Assembly (NCBI RefSeq): GCF_018350175.1
Contig: NC_058369.1
Span: 11,472,001 to 11,536,000, forward strand
Direction of reading: 5' to 3'
DNA: 64,000 nucleotides
Source: Felis catus
Lineage: Eukaryota
Position numbers and translations under genes: made by a program. Positions 36,100-47,456 of the stretch are shown in pieces (the first letter of the stretch is position 1; each line of letters begins with the position of its first letter). A model generated the notes under the pieces. It had not been told where the DNA came from and ran no database searches. It saw only the letters and a list, made by a program, of their open reading frames with translations.

Positions 36100-37130
36100 C
36101 ACTCCTCGCAAGGCTCAGGCTCAGCCCTTTGGCCCCGAGGCTCCCCGCTCGGCCCGAACCCTGCAAAAATGTACTGATCGCCTGGGGCCAGGAGCCTTTC
36201 CTAGCCCGGAGCACGCAAAGGGGCTGGGAGGGGTGGGTGGCTGCGGCGTTTTGCAGGGAAACTGCGCGGGGGGGCAGGGTGCGGCAATGGCGACGGCAGC
36301 CAGGCCCGGCGACCGATCTCAAGGGCTAAGGACCCGAAAAAGGGTGGCCTGAATCTGGGTCTGAGGAGACCGGGCCAAGGGCAGAGGTGATGGGCTCAGA
36401 GAACGCAGGCGCCCAGGCCAGGGCCCTCGGACACCGGTGACAGAAGCCAAGACCTCGGGCTGCCGAGAGCCAGGACGCTCAGCCGCAAGCACAAAGGACT
36501 GAGACGCCAAGGCGCGAGAGGGGCGAACCTGAGGCGATGGGCCCGCGGCGCCATTTTGTGACCGCAGAGAGGGCAGCGTCCAGGCCCCGGGGGAGGTGTG
36601 GGAGAGCCCGGTGCGGCTCTGGCACGTCCCTGTCCCTCCCCACCCGACGCCCGACCCCTACCCTGCCGGGCCCACCTGTATAGCTCATGGCAGCAGCTAA
36701 CACCGCAACCAAGGACTCCGGCAGCTGCCCCACACGTCCGACGCCGGGATAGCGGCGGCGACAATCCCCGGGGCCCCTTCTAACACAACCGAACCCGCCT
36801 CCCAACCCCATTGGCTCGCGTCGGATCCCCGCTTTATTCCTATTGGATGTCAGCGCCGTCTACCCCAGCCCATCCTCATGCCAGAGGCTGATGGTGCTGT
36901 CGATCTGGCGAAATCCCCGCCCTCTGTTATTCTAAGCCCGCGATGATTGGCTGAGAGAGGCAGGCCAAGAGACCGAATCTTGTAGAAATCGAAGGGGCGG
37001 AGCCGTGTACTACGGGAAGACTTGAGGCCCAATCGTGGCTGGCGGAAGGAGCGCCTGTGCCCTGGAGGACCGCCAGAGGGAGCCGGAACCTCCGCGCAGC
37101 ACAGTGCTCCAATCTCGGCCCAGCTACTGA
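36100..37130. promoter_or_regulatory. CpG island / AKAP8L promoter with multiple CCAAT boxes and GC boxes
   Basis: CpG-rich; ATTGG at 36810, 36842 and 36946; CCAAT at ~37029 and ~37109; GGGGCGGAGC at ~36994; YY1-type site at 36549-36560. Confidence 0.88.
36676..36688 (-). CDS. AKAP8L: AKAP8L coding exon 1 (MSYT, 13 nt)
   Basis: GCTGCCATG Kozak context; GTGGG donor; in CpG island. Confidence 0.93.
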
Positions 37131-37373
37131 GGTGCTGTGTAAACCTAGGCTGTTTCTTAATTTCTCTGGTCTTCAGCTCCAAAACGAGCACAGTAAAGCC
37201 ATGCCAGAATGAAAATTACAATTAAGCCCCAAACAAGATACTGGGCATACGTTCAAACATTTGAGATAATATATGTAAAGAAATCAGTCCAGGGTGCGGA
37301 AATGTTTTGTTACTGATGGTTGCATAATGATAATAGGTACATTTATATAGCATGTTTATATTGCACATAAATA

Positions 37374-37424
37374 TTGCATATGTAATAAGTATATCTGTTG
37401 CATATGTAATAAGTATATCTGTTG
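37374..37424. repeat. 24-bp tandem duplication (ttgcatatgtaataagtatatctg x2)
   Basis: Two perfect adjacent copies. Confidence 0.9.
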
Positions 37425-37498
37425 TTTATCATCTCAAATGCTCCCTCATACCTGCAAGGATCTTTTTAAAGAGTTTCCCATTTAAAAGCTGAAATTGA

Positions 37499-37735
37499 GG
37501 GGCACCTGGGTGGCTCAGTCAGTTAAGCGACTCTTGGTTTTGGCTCAGGTTGCGCTCTCACTGTTGGGGAGTTCAAGCCCCTTGTGGAGCCACGTGCTGA
37601 CAGCATGGAGCCTGCTTGGGATTCTCTCTCTCCCTCTTTCTTTTCTCTCTACCCCTCCTAGCTCGTGCTCATGCTCTCTCAAAATAAATAAACTTTAAAA
37701 AAGTAAATATAATAAAAAATAAAAATAAATAAAAC
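37499..37735 (+). mobile_element. Can-SINE
   Basis: Head and A-rich tail. Confidence 0.9.
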
Positions 37736-39877
37736 TGAGGCTTGAAATTCATGACTGGTCCAAGGTCCTTGGCACTTAAGTGTGACATCTTGAAGCACCC
37801 CCCCCCCCCGCCCGCCCAAAAAAAACTTTCTTAGTTGGTTCAGGACTTTAGAGACCCTGTAATAGTGCAGTCTGGTGCCAGCACTGTGTCCTCCGCATCC
37901 TCACTGGTTGTGTGGAATCTACTTTCAGAAACATCTCATAACTCCTACGAGATTTGACAGAGCTGCAGACACTGAAAACGGTAGTAACTACTGTTTGTGA
38001 AAACTCATTAAGGTGAGTACAAATATGGTTTATACGTGTTTTTTTCTGCTTTACTTTAAAAGTTTGTTTTAAAGTTACGAGCTCTGTTGCTGACTTCTTG
38101 GTATTAAGGAATTGTCGCTCTCGTTAGGTGTAATAATGGCAATTTTGTAAGTCCCTATCCTTAATTGAAAGACTGAAATATTAAAAGATTGATTCACATA
38201 ATGACGATGGTTCACCATAATTCAGATGGTTTTGGAAAGGGAAGGAGGGTGTTGGAAGGGTTATAGCTGAAAAGACTGGTGTTGAGTTGATCACTAATAA
38301 GTGGACGAGGGTTCGTTTCAGTATTCTATTATTCTTTGGTTGGAATTCTCCATGATAAAATATTTTAATAAAGGAACTTCTCTGAAAATGGCTTATGCAG
38401 AACTTGCTGCTGTATAGGTTCAAGATACGTTGAGAAACTCTAAATATGAAGCACATAGAACTGGTTAACGTGCACTCCAGTTTGGGGGCTCATTGCAGTG
38501 TCACCATCAGAGATGCCTGCTTGTTCTCCAAATCCAAGCGAAGCCCCTCCCCCCCCCCCCCCCCCCGCCCCCAAACCTCTCCTGGATCCTACAGCTTCCT
38601 TCACAGCGCATACCAGAGCCATCATTTTACCTCCACTGGGTGATTTTGTTAACATCCTACACTCTGCCTCTGAGACAGAATGGCCTGAGAAAGTGCATGC
38701 TCAAAGTTTTCAGAAAAGATCCCTCTGTGCTAAAAGATGTGCGTGACCCTTTGGAGGACCTACATAGCCATCACTGTATGTGTGGGTGGGGAGGAACTTC
38801 CCATGTTGCTTTATAAAGTCTTGAGCCGTTTGAACTTTTTACATCCAGCTTCCTCACTTTTATATCTTTAAATCTAATTTATAAAAAGCTGAAAAGGAAA
38901 GTACCTATGGGCCAGCTCGCATCCCAAGAGAGGGCCTCCCTGCTTTCAAAGTCTTGGACATGCCCACCCACAGCGTGGGATGGACAGAAGTGGATGAGCC
39001 CTTCCTCCACCAAGCGAGATGTGTACCCTAGCCTCACAGGACCAGAAAAGGCAAGAGTGTAGGCCAAGACCACTCTGGTGGGCATGTTATCACGGCTTGT
39101 CAGCCTGTCCCTCCCAGGCAGGGACGTCGTGGGGGGCCTGGGGCAATAGGGTTGGGGGTAGAGGAAGCCTCTGCTGTCTACACCCAATGAGGTCATTCCC
39201 ACTTTCCAGTCCTTGGCCGTTGAAGTGAAAATGATGAGCTGAAAAACCACATGCAATAAACAAGAAGGAGCAGCCAACAAAATCTCTTAAAATCTCAGAA
39301 ATGTTCAATAAACATTTGCAGAGCGAGAAAATAAATAACATCACGAAGGAGCCAGCAGCTCCCTTCTCCCCTCGTGTGATTCGGGTTCAGGGTGCATGTG
39401 TCTCCAGGCAAGTCACATGTCTTGAAGGCAGGCTGGTCCCAGCTCTCTGAAGGCTGCCAGCAACTGTGGGCTTCTCCCTCCCCCGGCAGGTCCCCCACGC
39501 CCTCACTGGACCGCTCCTGCCCTTGGAGGGCCCTCCAGCTTCATTGCTTCTCTCCATCCTGGCTCCCTTCCTAGACCAGCTGCCCAGAGCCTTGGTTCCT
39601 CTCCTCTGCTCACAGGAGCCGCTTTGCCAGCCAGCCAGCCAGCCAGCCGGCCAGAGCCCCTCACCAACCATGCCACTGAGGGCCAACAGCTGGGAACCTG
39701 GGCTCATCCCCAGCTGGGTCTGGTCAGCTTGGCGGCCAACAGGAAAACCCAGGGCCTCCGGGAGCTCTAGGGGGAGGTGGCTCGATCCCAGCCCCGGCTG
39801 CCAGACGATGCCAGCCTGTCCACTTGACAGAAAAACACACGCTGGCCGCCTGCCCCGGGGTGTTTCCAGAAGAGAAA

Positions 39878-39883
39878 TTTAAT
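39878..39883 (-). terminator. WIZ: Probable WIZ polyadenylation signal (ATTAAA variant)
   Basis: Minus strand reads TGTAAATTAGATTAAA (UGUA upstream element), followed ~35 nt later by a GU/U-rich GTGTGTTTTTCTGTC; ~1 kb after the stop codon. Confidence 0.6.
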
Positions 39884-40397
39884 CTAATTTACATACTTCT
39901 AGGTACATCGATAACCAAAATGTGGCCACTGAAAAAAGTTAAAAGATCAATCAGCTCCCGGTCTCTAGCTGGCCCAGGATTGCAAAATAAAAAGATCCAC
40001 GTTCCTTATTCTCTACACAAAACGCGTTTTTAAAAAAGTGAAAGGTCTAGGGAGCTATACATAGAAAGCAACAGTGAAAAGGAGGAGGGGAGTGGGGGTG
40101 GGGGAGGAGAGTCCCATCCCCACCCCCTCCTGGGCCCCAGAGCCCCCCAAGGCTCTGGGGGGCCTTGACATGGCAGGAGGCAGCTGTCAGCTCTGAGCTC
40201 TTCCAGGCTGGGAAGGCCCCTCTGGGGGGGTGGGGGGCGGCCAACAAGGATTTCCGTGGCATCATGGGCTCAGTGGGGGGCTCCCAAGCCCCAGCAGGCC
40301 CTCAGAGGGAGCGTGCCTTCCCCTGAGCAAGCACCGTGGCATGATGTGGTCGTTTGACTCAGGATCTGGGGGGCTAGGGCAAATCCTGGGTCTCACG

Positions 40398-40485
40398 AGG
40401 TGCGTGCGTGCGTGCACGTGTGCCTGTGTGTGCGTGCATGTATGTATGTGTGTGTCTGTGTCTGTGTGTGCGTGTGCGTGTGTGA
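40398..40485. repeat. Degenerate (GT/GC)n repeat in the WIZ 3' UTR
   Basis: gtgcgtgcgtgcgtgcacgtgtgcctgtgtgtgcgtgcatgtatgtatgtgtgtgt... Confidence 0.85.
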
Positions 40486-40906
40486 GAGGATATTCACAGG
40501 GGCAGGAGGGAACCAGGGCAGGGGTCTTTGGGGTCTTTGCAAATGGCCACGGATGGCGAACATAGCCCCGCCTGGCTGCCAGATGCGGGGGAGCGCTGGC
40601 CTTCCTCCCCTTGACCAGATCAGCTGCCACCACAAGAGACCTGGCCTCTGCCCCTGCTGGACCAGGTGGGCGTGGGCTGAAGGAAGATGCGCTGTGTGTG
40701 GCCCCAGAGCCCTCGGGCTGGGGGAAGGGCCACTAGCTGGCTCCTGGCGCCCCGGCTGTAGTGTGCCCGGCCCCCAAGGGGTGCCGGTTTGAGGTTTTGG
40801 CTTGCTCCTTTGGAAACGGAAAAGAAAGAGGGAGGACAGGGTGGAACAGACGGAGGAGAAAGAGAAGACAGAGGTGGCACGAGAGGGAATTTGGAATGCT
40901 TCTGTG

Positions 40907-41066
40907 TCAGGGCGCCTCTGCCGCCGCTGTCTGTGCCTGCGGGGCCCGGGGTTCCTCGGGTGGGGGGTCCGCTTTGGAGAAATTCATCTCCAGGATGTGC
41001 CGCTGTAAGTGCCGCACCCACTCCTCCTGGATGGAGAGGGGCCCCTGGAACTCCACGTCACAGAAC
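40907..41066 (-). CDS. WIZ: WIZ terminal coding exon (FCDVEFQGPLSIQEEWVRHLQRHILE...AEAP*, 160 nt)
   Basis: ccccacag acceptor; TGA at 40909-40907; completes the last finger. Confidence 0.95.
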
Positions 41067-42094
41067 CTGTGGGGGAACAGAGGGGAGGCCGAAGTGCAGC
41101 CCAGCCCACGTGCCCGGGCGTCAGGCACACCCGCCACGGCTCACTGTGCACGGTGCAGGCCCAGGGCTTCAGGGAAGGGGCCCTTCACGGACGGCTTCCT
41201 CTACCCACCCCTGGATGATGGCAGGGTCCCCTACAGACCCTCATCATCTCTAGGCTCAGGGAAGTCTGCTGGCTCTGATGCTGGGAAAGGGCCATCGGGC
41301 TTCCATGGCCCCTCTGCCGTCTGACTGAAACACATGAGCTGAGAGGACAGAGACCCCAGAGCAGCAGACCCTGCCCTGCCAGGCCCCAAGACAGAAGGAT
41401 GGCAGCTGGGGAAAGGGGGTCAGGCACTAACTCACACCCACCCTGCTCGGGCACCCACCTCCCCAATTCCTTATGCCTGAGGTCCCATGGGAGGCCTCTC
41501 AGAACAGGGGACCAGGACCTGAGCCTGTGATGCCATAGACTTGGGTTCGAATCTTACTTCTGACTTGGCCTATGTGGCCTGAGGCCACCTTAAGTGTCAG
41601 ACCCAGTTTCCTGGCTTCTGATGGATGCCTGGACTTTGATAAAAATGAACTAAGACCTTCATCTGTCTTAATCAGACAAGCACTTGTCGAGTGCTTACCA
41701 TGTGGCAGGCATAGTTCACGTGTTTCATAAATACTCAACTGTTTAAACTTCATGACAAATCTATTAGGTAGGTCTGTTGTCAACCCCATTATATACATGG
41801 GAGCATTGAGGTTTGGAGCAGGAAGCCCTTGCCCAAGGCCACTACGCTGATTAGGTGTCAGAGCCAGTTCTGGAAACCAGGTCTCGTTGGCTACAAACCT
41901 CAGGGACCCAGCCTAATGCTCTGAGGTGACGCTCTCTGTTAAGAATCCCTTAGCCTGGGTCCAGCCATGCTCTGAGGCAGTCCTTAAAGCTACATCTCCT
42001 GACTGCCACCAACCCCTGTGCTGCTCAGAGGTTCTGGGTGACTAAGCCCCAGGTGGGTGGTCTTTCTCCCCCGCTGCCCCAGGGGGCCACGTAC

Positions 42095-42290
42095 CTGCAC
42101 TTGAGGGTGTAGATGTTGCCAACAAACTTGACCAGTGATGTCTGGGGGGGCCGGGGTACCAGGGAGGGGACCGGCCGGACCCGGGGTGGGGGTTGCCGCA
42201 CCTCCTCCAGCTTCTGCTGTAGATCATTGGCCTCTTCACCCCCCCGGACCGCAGAGGCATCTGGAGGGCGGGCTTGTCGGCGCTCAAATT
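42095..42290 (-). CDS. WIZ: WIZ exon 12 (KFERRQARPP...IYTLKCR, 196 nt)
   Basis: gcctcag acceptor, GTACGT donor. Confidence 0.95.
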
Positions 42291-42570
42291 CTGAGGCAGG
42301 GAAAGGTACGGGGAGGGACAAGACATAAGCCAGAGGGCAAGAGCCCCGGGAAGGCAGGTTCCTGCCTTCAACAAGCATGGTGTGAAGGCTGTGGGGAACT
42401 GTAGGACAGGACAGGACAGTTGGTCACTGGATGCTGCCTGGGCCTGGGGGAGGAGTGGGGAGGGGGGAAGAGTTGGGATGGTGGCCAGATGGGTGAACGG
42501 GTGAGCAACTGGGGAAGTGACTAAGGGCAGGTGCCCCTCGCCCTCAAAACCCCCTCCCACCAGCACTCAC

Positions 42571-42990
42571 TGTTGATGTTCTGCCGCTGGTGCTCCTCAG
42601 CCTTCACAGTGCCTGGCGGGCTGGCTGCCAGAGGCCGCTCACCACTGTCAGCTGCCCGTCCAGCCTCAGGCCCTGGCTCACCCCCAGCACTGCGGCCCAC
42701 CACAGCCAGGCCCCCGGGTGCCAGCCCTAGGGGCGGCCGCTTGTCACTGTCGCGGCCATGGCCAGCACTGCGGAACTTCTTGGTGAACGGGCGGCCGCCC
42801 TGGATGTAGCTGCGGTAGGCCCCCACCTTCTGGGGCCGGTGCTTGATCCACTCGCTCAGTGTCTCAATGGGTGAGCCGTTTACACACCACTCGGTCACGC
42901 CAAACTGCCGCAGGTGCGCCCGCGCGTGGCTGGCCAGGGCCTTGCGGTTTTCGAAGTAAAGGCCACACAGCTCACAGCAGGCCTCGGTGG
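42571..42990 (-). CDS. WIZ: WIZ exon 11 (TEACCELCGLYF...RQNIN, 420 nt)
   Basis: gcctgcag acceptor, GTGAGT donor; phase 1-1. Confidence 0.95.
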
Positions 42991-43192
42991 CTGCAGGCAG
43001 AGGGGGTGCTGCTGAGCCCCAGCCCAAAGGCAACCAGAGTGCCCAGAAGGCCCTGCCCAGGTCAGGAGTCAGTCCCACCTCCCACCGGGGCCTCGCCATG
43101 GGCCCCTGCCGGGGGTCAGTGTGTGCACAGCACTGCTGGGCCCTGTGGGCCCCGGCAGGTGCCCTCCCAGGACCCTGCCACTGGCTGCTTAC

Positions 43193-43720
43193 AGGAATGG
43201 GAAGTCTTCTCGTGGAGGGTCTTTGCCTTGAAGGGCAGTTCAGTCTGGATGTAGGTCTTGGCCTTGACCTCTGCTGGGAGGAGGCGGTCCTCCTGCAGGG
43301 GCCGCTTGGCTGCCACTGAGCCCAGGTAGCCAGTGGCTGTGGCCTTGGCACCGGTGATGGGCGCCAAGCTGAGCTCTCGAGGAACTTGGGCCGGCCCAGC
43401 TCCTGGTTTGCCTGGGCGGCCAGCCATTGGCGCCAGCGGCAGGGGGGCCTGCACAGGCCCTGGAGCAGCTGTGGGGGGCCCGTCCTCAGCCAAGGCAGGG
43501 GCCAGGTCTCCAGCGGGCGGCTCTTTCTTGATGAGGCACGGTTTGGACTTCTTCTTGAGGATCTCCCGCAGCGTGTCGATGGGCGAGCCGTTGACAGACC
43601 ACTCGGTCACGCCCATCTGCCGCAGGTGGGAGCGCGCATGGCTCGACAGGCCCTTGCGGTTCTCGAAGAACTCACCGCAGAACTCACAGCGGATGTCACG
43701 TACAGGCTCTGCCCGGGACG
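43193..43720 (-). CDS. WIZ: WIZ exon 10 (SRAEPVRDIRCEFCGEFF...KTSHS, 528 nt)
   Basis: ccctgcag acceptor, GTAAGC donor; phase 1-1. Confidence 0.95.
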
Positions 43721-44336
43721 CTGCAGGGGGTCCAGGGTGGGGGGAAGGGGAGGAGAAGGAGGGGGCGGCTGCGGCGGGAAGCCTCCAAGCTCAAGGCTAG
43801 TGTTAACTGTCCCGTCCATACAGCCCCAGACCCAAATGACCCACTCCCTCATCCACTTCCAGGGGCCCCTGTGTACATCCAGCCCTTCTGCCTGCTCTGT
43901 CACCTCAAATCCTAGCTGGCTTCAAGATGATCCCCTGTGACATCATGAAGCAGTGAGAGCAAGCGCTTCGTTGATCCTGGGCTCAGAGGCCAGCTTGGCT
44001 GTGACCCCCTTAATGTTACGCTGGGCTATGCTGGGCAAACCACTTCCCCCTCTGAGCCTCAGTTTCCTCCTTTGCAAAATGCAGATGGAAACTTCCACCT
44101 TGAGGGAGCAGTTCAAAGTACATGGCACACAGCTGGTAATGAAATGCACAGAAGCACTAAGAGAGAGAGGCCTGGGCCATCCTCACCTGCTCAGTACACG
44201 ACTCCGCCAACTGGAGCAGAAAGAACACGGTGACATGCACAGTATGACTACTATATACATACCAGGCACCGTGCTGGGTGCTTTATACCACTTTGGAACT
44301 ATACAGAGCTTGGACCATGCTTATCTTCATTTCCAG

Positions 44337-44394
44337 AAGGTCACATATTGCTAGACTGCTGAGGCCCAAGGTCACATATTGCTAGACTGCTGAG
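44337..44394. repeat. 27-bp direct repeat (aaggtcacatattgctagactgctgag x2, period 31) in a MIR-like remnant
   Basis: Identical copies at 44337-44363 and 44368-44394. Confidence 0.9.
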
Positions 44395-44843
44395 CGCTTA
44401 ACTTGAACCTGACTCCGAATGTCAAGCACTTAGCAACCAGGAATGTCAGAAAGACCGTTCAGATGCCCACTCAGAGTGCCTAGACTCCTGCCGGTGGAAG
44501 ACATCACGAACTGACCCCTGTCATCTTTCTCCCCAGGAATCTGGTTGGCAGACACTACCAATCAACTAAAGATGGCCCCAGAGATAAAAATCTTTTTGCC
44601 ATCATCGAATGGCACAATTCTGCCTCCCCAGAGTGGATGAAAGAGCATCAAGAAGCAGCTCAGCTGGGATCTGCACAGCAAGAATGCACAGCTAACCCCT
44701 TGTCCTCCAGACCTGTGTATCCTCCCTTCTATTTCTACCGTGGGCGCTTTGGGTACCCATGAAGTGCTGGGATGAGGGTGGGGAGGGGGCCCGCAGAGAC
44801 CCCTCTACCTGTTTTCACTGCCCTGCCCCGGGGTCACACTTAC

Positions 44844-45395
44844 ACAGGTTCAGGGGGGCCATGTCTTCCCGTGGTGCCGCCCAGGGACCCTCGGATGGGT
44901 GAGGCTCCCCATGAAGGGCCCCTGGCAGCATCTCCCGTTTGATCTCCACCCGCATTTGTTCAGGCTTCAGCTTCTTGGGCAGGGAGGGTGCAGCCAGGCC
45001 TGGGAACATCTTCCGGGCCGTGGGAGGAGGAGAGGCAGTAGGTGAGTGGCCTAGGGGGCTGCCTGGTGGCGGTGGCAACTTCTTGGCCAGGGGTGAGAGG
45101 TGAAGGTCTGCGGGGCTGCGGGCTTCCAGCGAGCTGCCAGGACCTCCGCTGCCCATCACCTTGGCCAGGGCTTTCGGGCTGGGCCCTGGTGGGTTAGGGG
45201 GGCCACCAGGCCGGGACTGGGTCCGTCTCTTGAGGATCTCCCGTAGTGTGTCAATGGGCGAGCCGTTGACATACCACTCGGTCACGCCCATCTGCCGCAG
45301 GTGGGAGCGTGCGTGACTCGACAGGCCCTTGCGGTTCTCGAAGAACTCACCGCAGAACTCACAGCGGATGTCTCGAGCTGGCTCTGGGCCCGAGG
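44844..45395 (-). CDS. WIZ: WIZ exon 9 (SGPEPARDIRCEFCGEFF...APLNL, 552 nt)
   Basis: gctgcag acceptor, GTAAGT donor; phase 1-1. Confidence 0.95.
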
Positions 45396-45983
45396 CTGCA
45401 GCAGGAGAAAGGAGTAATTAGCATCGTGGGCACCATCAGCATCGTCGCCTGTGGGTCTCCTGGTCGGCTGGGCATGGGCAGCAGCACGCCCACAGGCTGG
45501 GGTGGTGGTGGAGGGCAGGTGCAAGCGAGGGAACTGAGCGGGGTGGGGGCCAGACACTCAGCAGGAGCGAGGGGAGGCTCCAGAGAGCGCATGGACCCTC
45601 GGTCCTGGCAGAGAAGGATGGAACTAAGACTCCACGGCTCTGCGGGTCCCAACAAGGACAGGGGGCAAGAGGGCAGGAAGTAGCAGCCTAAGTGCCAAAT
45701 GCCATCCAGACCAGGGGCAACCACGGGCACTTTCCACACCAAAAGGTAGCACCCCACCCTTGGCCTTCATTCTCAGGGAAGGTCACAGGCACGGAGGTCA
45801 AAGGCCAGGAGAAAAGGCCTAGCAGCCAACTGCCAGCAAGATCTCTGGGCAGAACCAGCCCACTGCCAAGGGCCCCTGTCTACTCCCTGCCCCAGCAGGA
45901 AAGGAGTAGGGAGGGGGCTGCGACCCCCCGGGAGGGGCTCCAGGGCCCGCAGGGAGGAGGGAGCGGCTGAAGCGAGAACCTAC

Positions 45984-46382
45984 AGAGGTTGAGAGGAGAC
46001 GGCTCCACATCAGAGGCCCAGAAAATGCCGGCGGCTGCGGCGGCCGAGAGGTCCTGCTTCCCCCAGGGGCTGGCCGTACCCGCGGCCTTCAGCTTGGCCT
46101 TCTTGGCCGGCGGTGGGGGGGGGAGCAAGGAGAGGGCCGCAGAGGTGGGAGGAGGCCGCCCCAGCTGGGCCAGGGTGCCGCGCCCGGGTGGGAGGCGGAT
46201 CTGGACGCCGTCCCTCCTGATGAGCCCGTGGAGCACGTCTATGGGGGATCCCTTGGCGTCCGGGTCGCTGACGCCCAGGTGGCGCAGGTGGGCGCGGGTG
46301 TGGCTGGACAGGCCCTTGCGGGTCTCAAACCAGGCACCGCACAGCTGGCAGTCCAGCTCTCTGCCCCCGTCACTATCTAAAG
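45984..46382 (-). CDS. WIZ: WIZ exon 8 (LDSDGGRELDCQLCGAWF...SPLNL, 399 nt)
   Basis: ctccgcag acceptor, GTAGGT donor; phase 1-1. Confidence 0.93.
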
Positions 46383-47456
46383 CTGCGGAGACAAAACACA
46401 GGGGGGGGGTTCACGGCCGCCACCTTGGCCGGCCCTGGGGGACTGAGGCAAGAAGACCTGGTGTGATTCAAGGCTGCCCAGGCCATTCGGGGTCCAAGAC
46501 TTGTGCCGCAGATTTATTTTAAGAGGTTTTGGGAAACAGAAAGTCCTGTTCCCTGCCTAGCCCTTTGGCATCAAGGTGAGTGTGGAGAGCTTAAGAACAT
46601 AGGGTGGAGAGGCGTGGCCAAATTCCAGTGGTACAATCTGATGCTCCCAGGCCCTCTTCCCTGGGACCCCAGCTTTGGGAGCTGTATGGGTGCAAAGCAG
46701 GGGCCCCACCCAGCTGCCAAGCCATCATACAGCAAAGGGCAGACCTGCTCAGGGCCTTGCTCCTAAAAGCACAGCAGACAATGGAAGCAGCTTCATGAGA
46801 ACATGAGGTGCCAACTGGGGTGCCCTGTTGGGCAGGGGGCTAGACCCTGGGCTCACCCTCAGACTCAAGCACCAATGTGTGGGAAGGCCTGACTTCCTAA
46901 GGGACATCACGCTAAACCTGCTCACTGCACCTGGGGTGGGGGTGGGGGTCGGGGTGAGGGTGGGGTCTTCCCAAACCCTACTTTGCCAAGCCCACAGGTA
47001 GCCCAGGAGGTGTGGCTCCACCTATGGGCACAGTTGAGGTGCCTTTGCACATGACAGCCAGGAAGATGTGAAGACAGGACCGACTACAGGACCACTTGCC
47101 TGCCTATAGGACCCAAGATCCCCCTCCTGGGAAGCCAGGCCCACAGGAGTTCTGGTTGCTTTCACTGCCCCAACCCTCAGGCTCAGAGGAGGTCAAGAGT
47201 GTCCCTGAGTGGCAAGGGTGACCCTGACAGGCTCAGCAGCCACAGTCAGGCCTCCAGGGGGAGGAACAGCAAAGTAAAGTGGGAGGCAGATGATAATATG
47301 CTGCATGGCCAGCCCAACAGGAGACACAGTGCTCTGACCAAAATTCTGACCCAATGGACCCAGGACGTAGGAGCTGCAGTCCCCATCGTCCCCACCCTGG
47401 GCTCTGCAGCCCTCCCGGTGCCAGGACCTCCCTCAGCTCCCAGGACCCGCACTCAC

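Larger units (their letters stand above)
9378..36688 (-). other. AKAP8L: AKAP8L (HA95/NAKAP95) gene, complete CDS in 14 exons, 1956 nt / 651 aa
   Basis: Spliced translation MSYTGFVQGSETTLQSTYSDTSAQPTCDYGYGTWNSGTNRGYENYGYGYGYGQD...; two AKAP95-type zinc fingers ([30 protein letters not shown]); exon lengths sum to a multiple of 3. Confidence 0.98.

Noticed and set aside
39255..39340. Cluster of AATAAA hexamers on the + strand
   Set aside because: Wrong strand for WIZ and no plus-strand gene is evident; may be a U-rich 3' UTR or downstream element
44337..44394. Direct repeats with a spacer (CRISPR-like?)
   Set aside because: Only two copies with a 4-nt spacer in mammalian intronic MIR-like DNA; a simple local duplication
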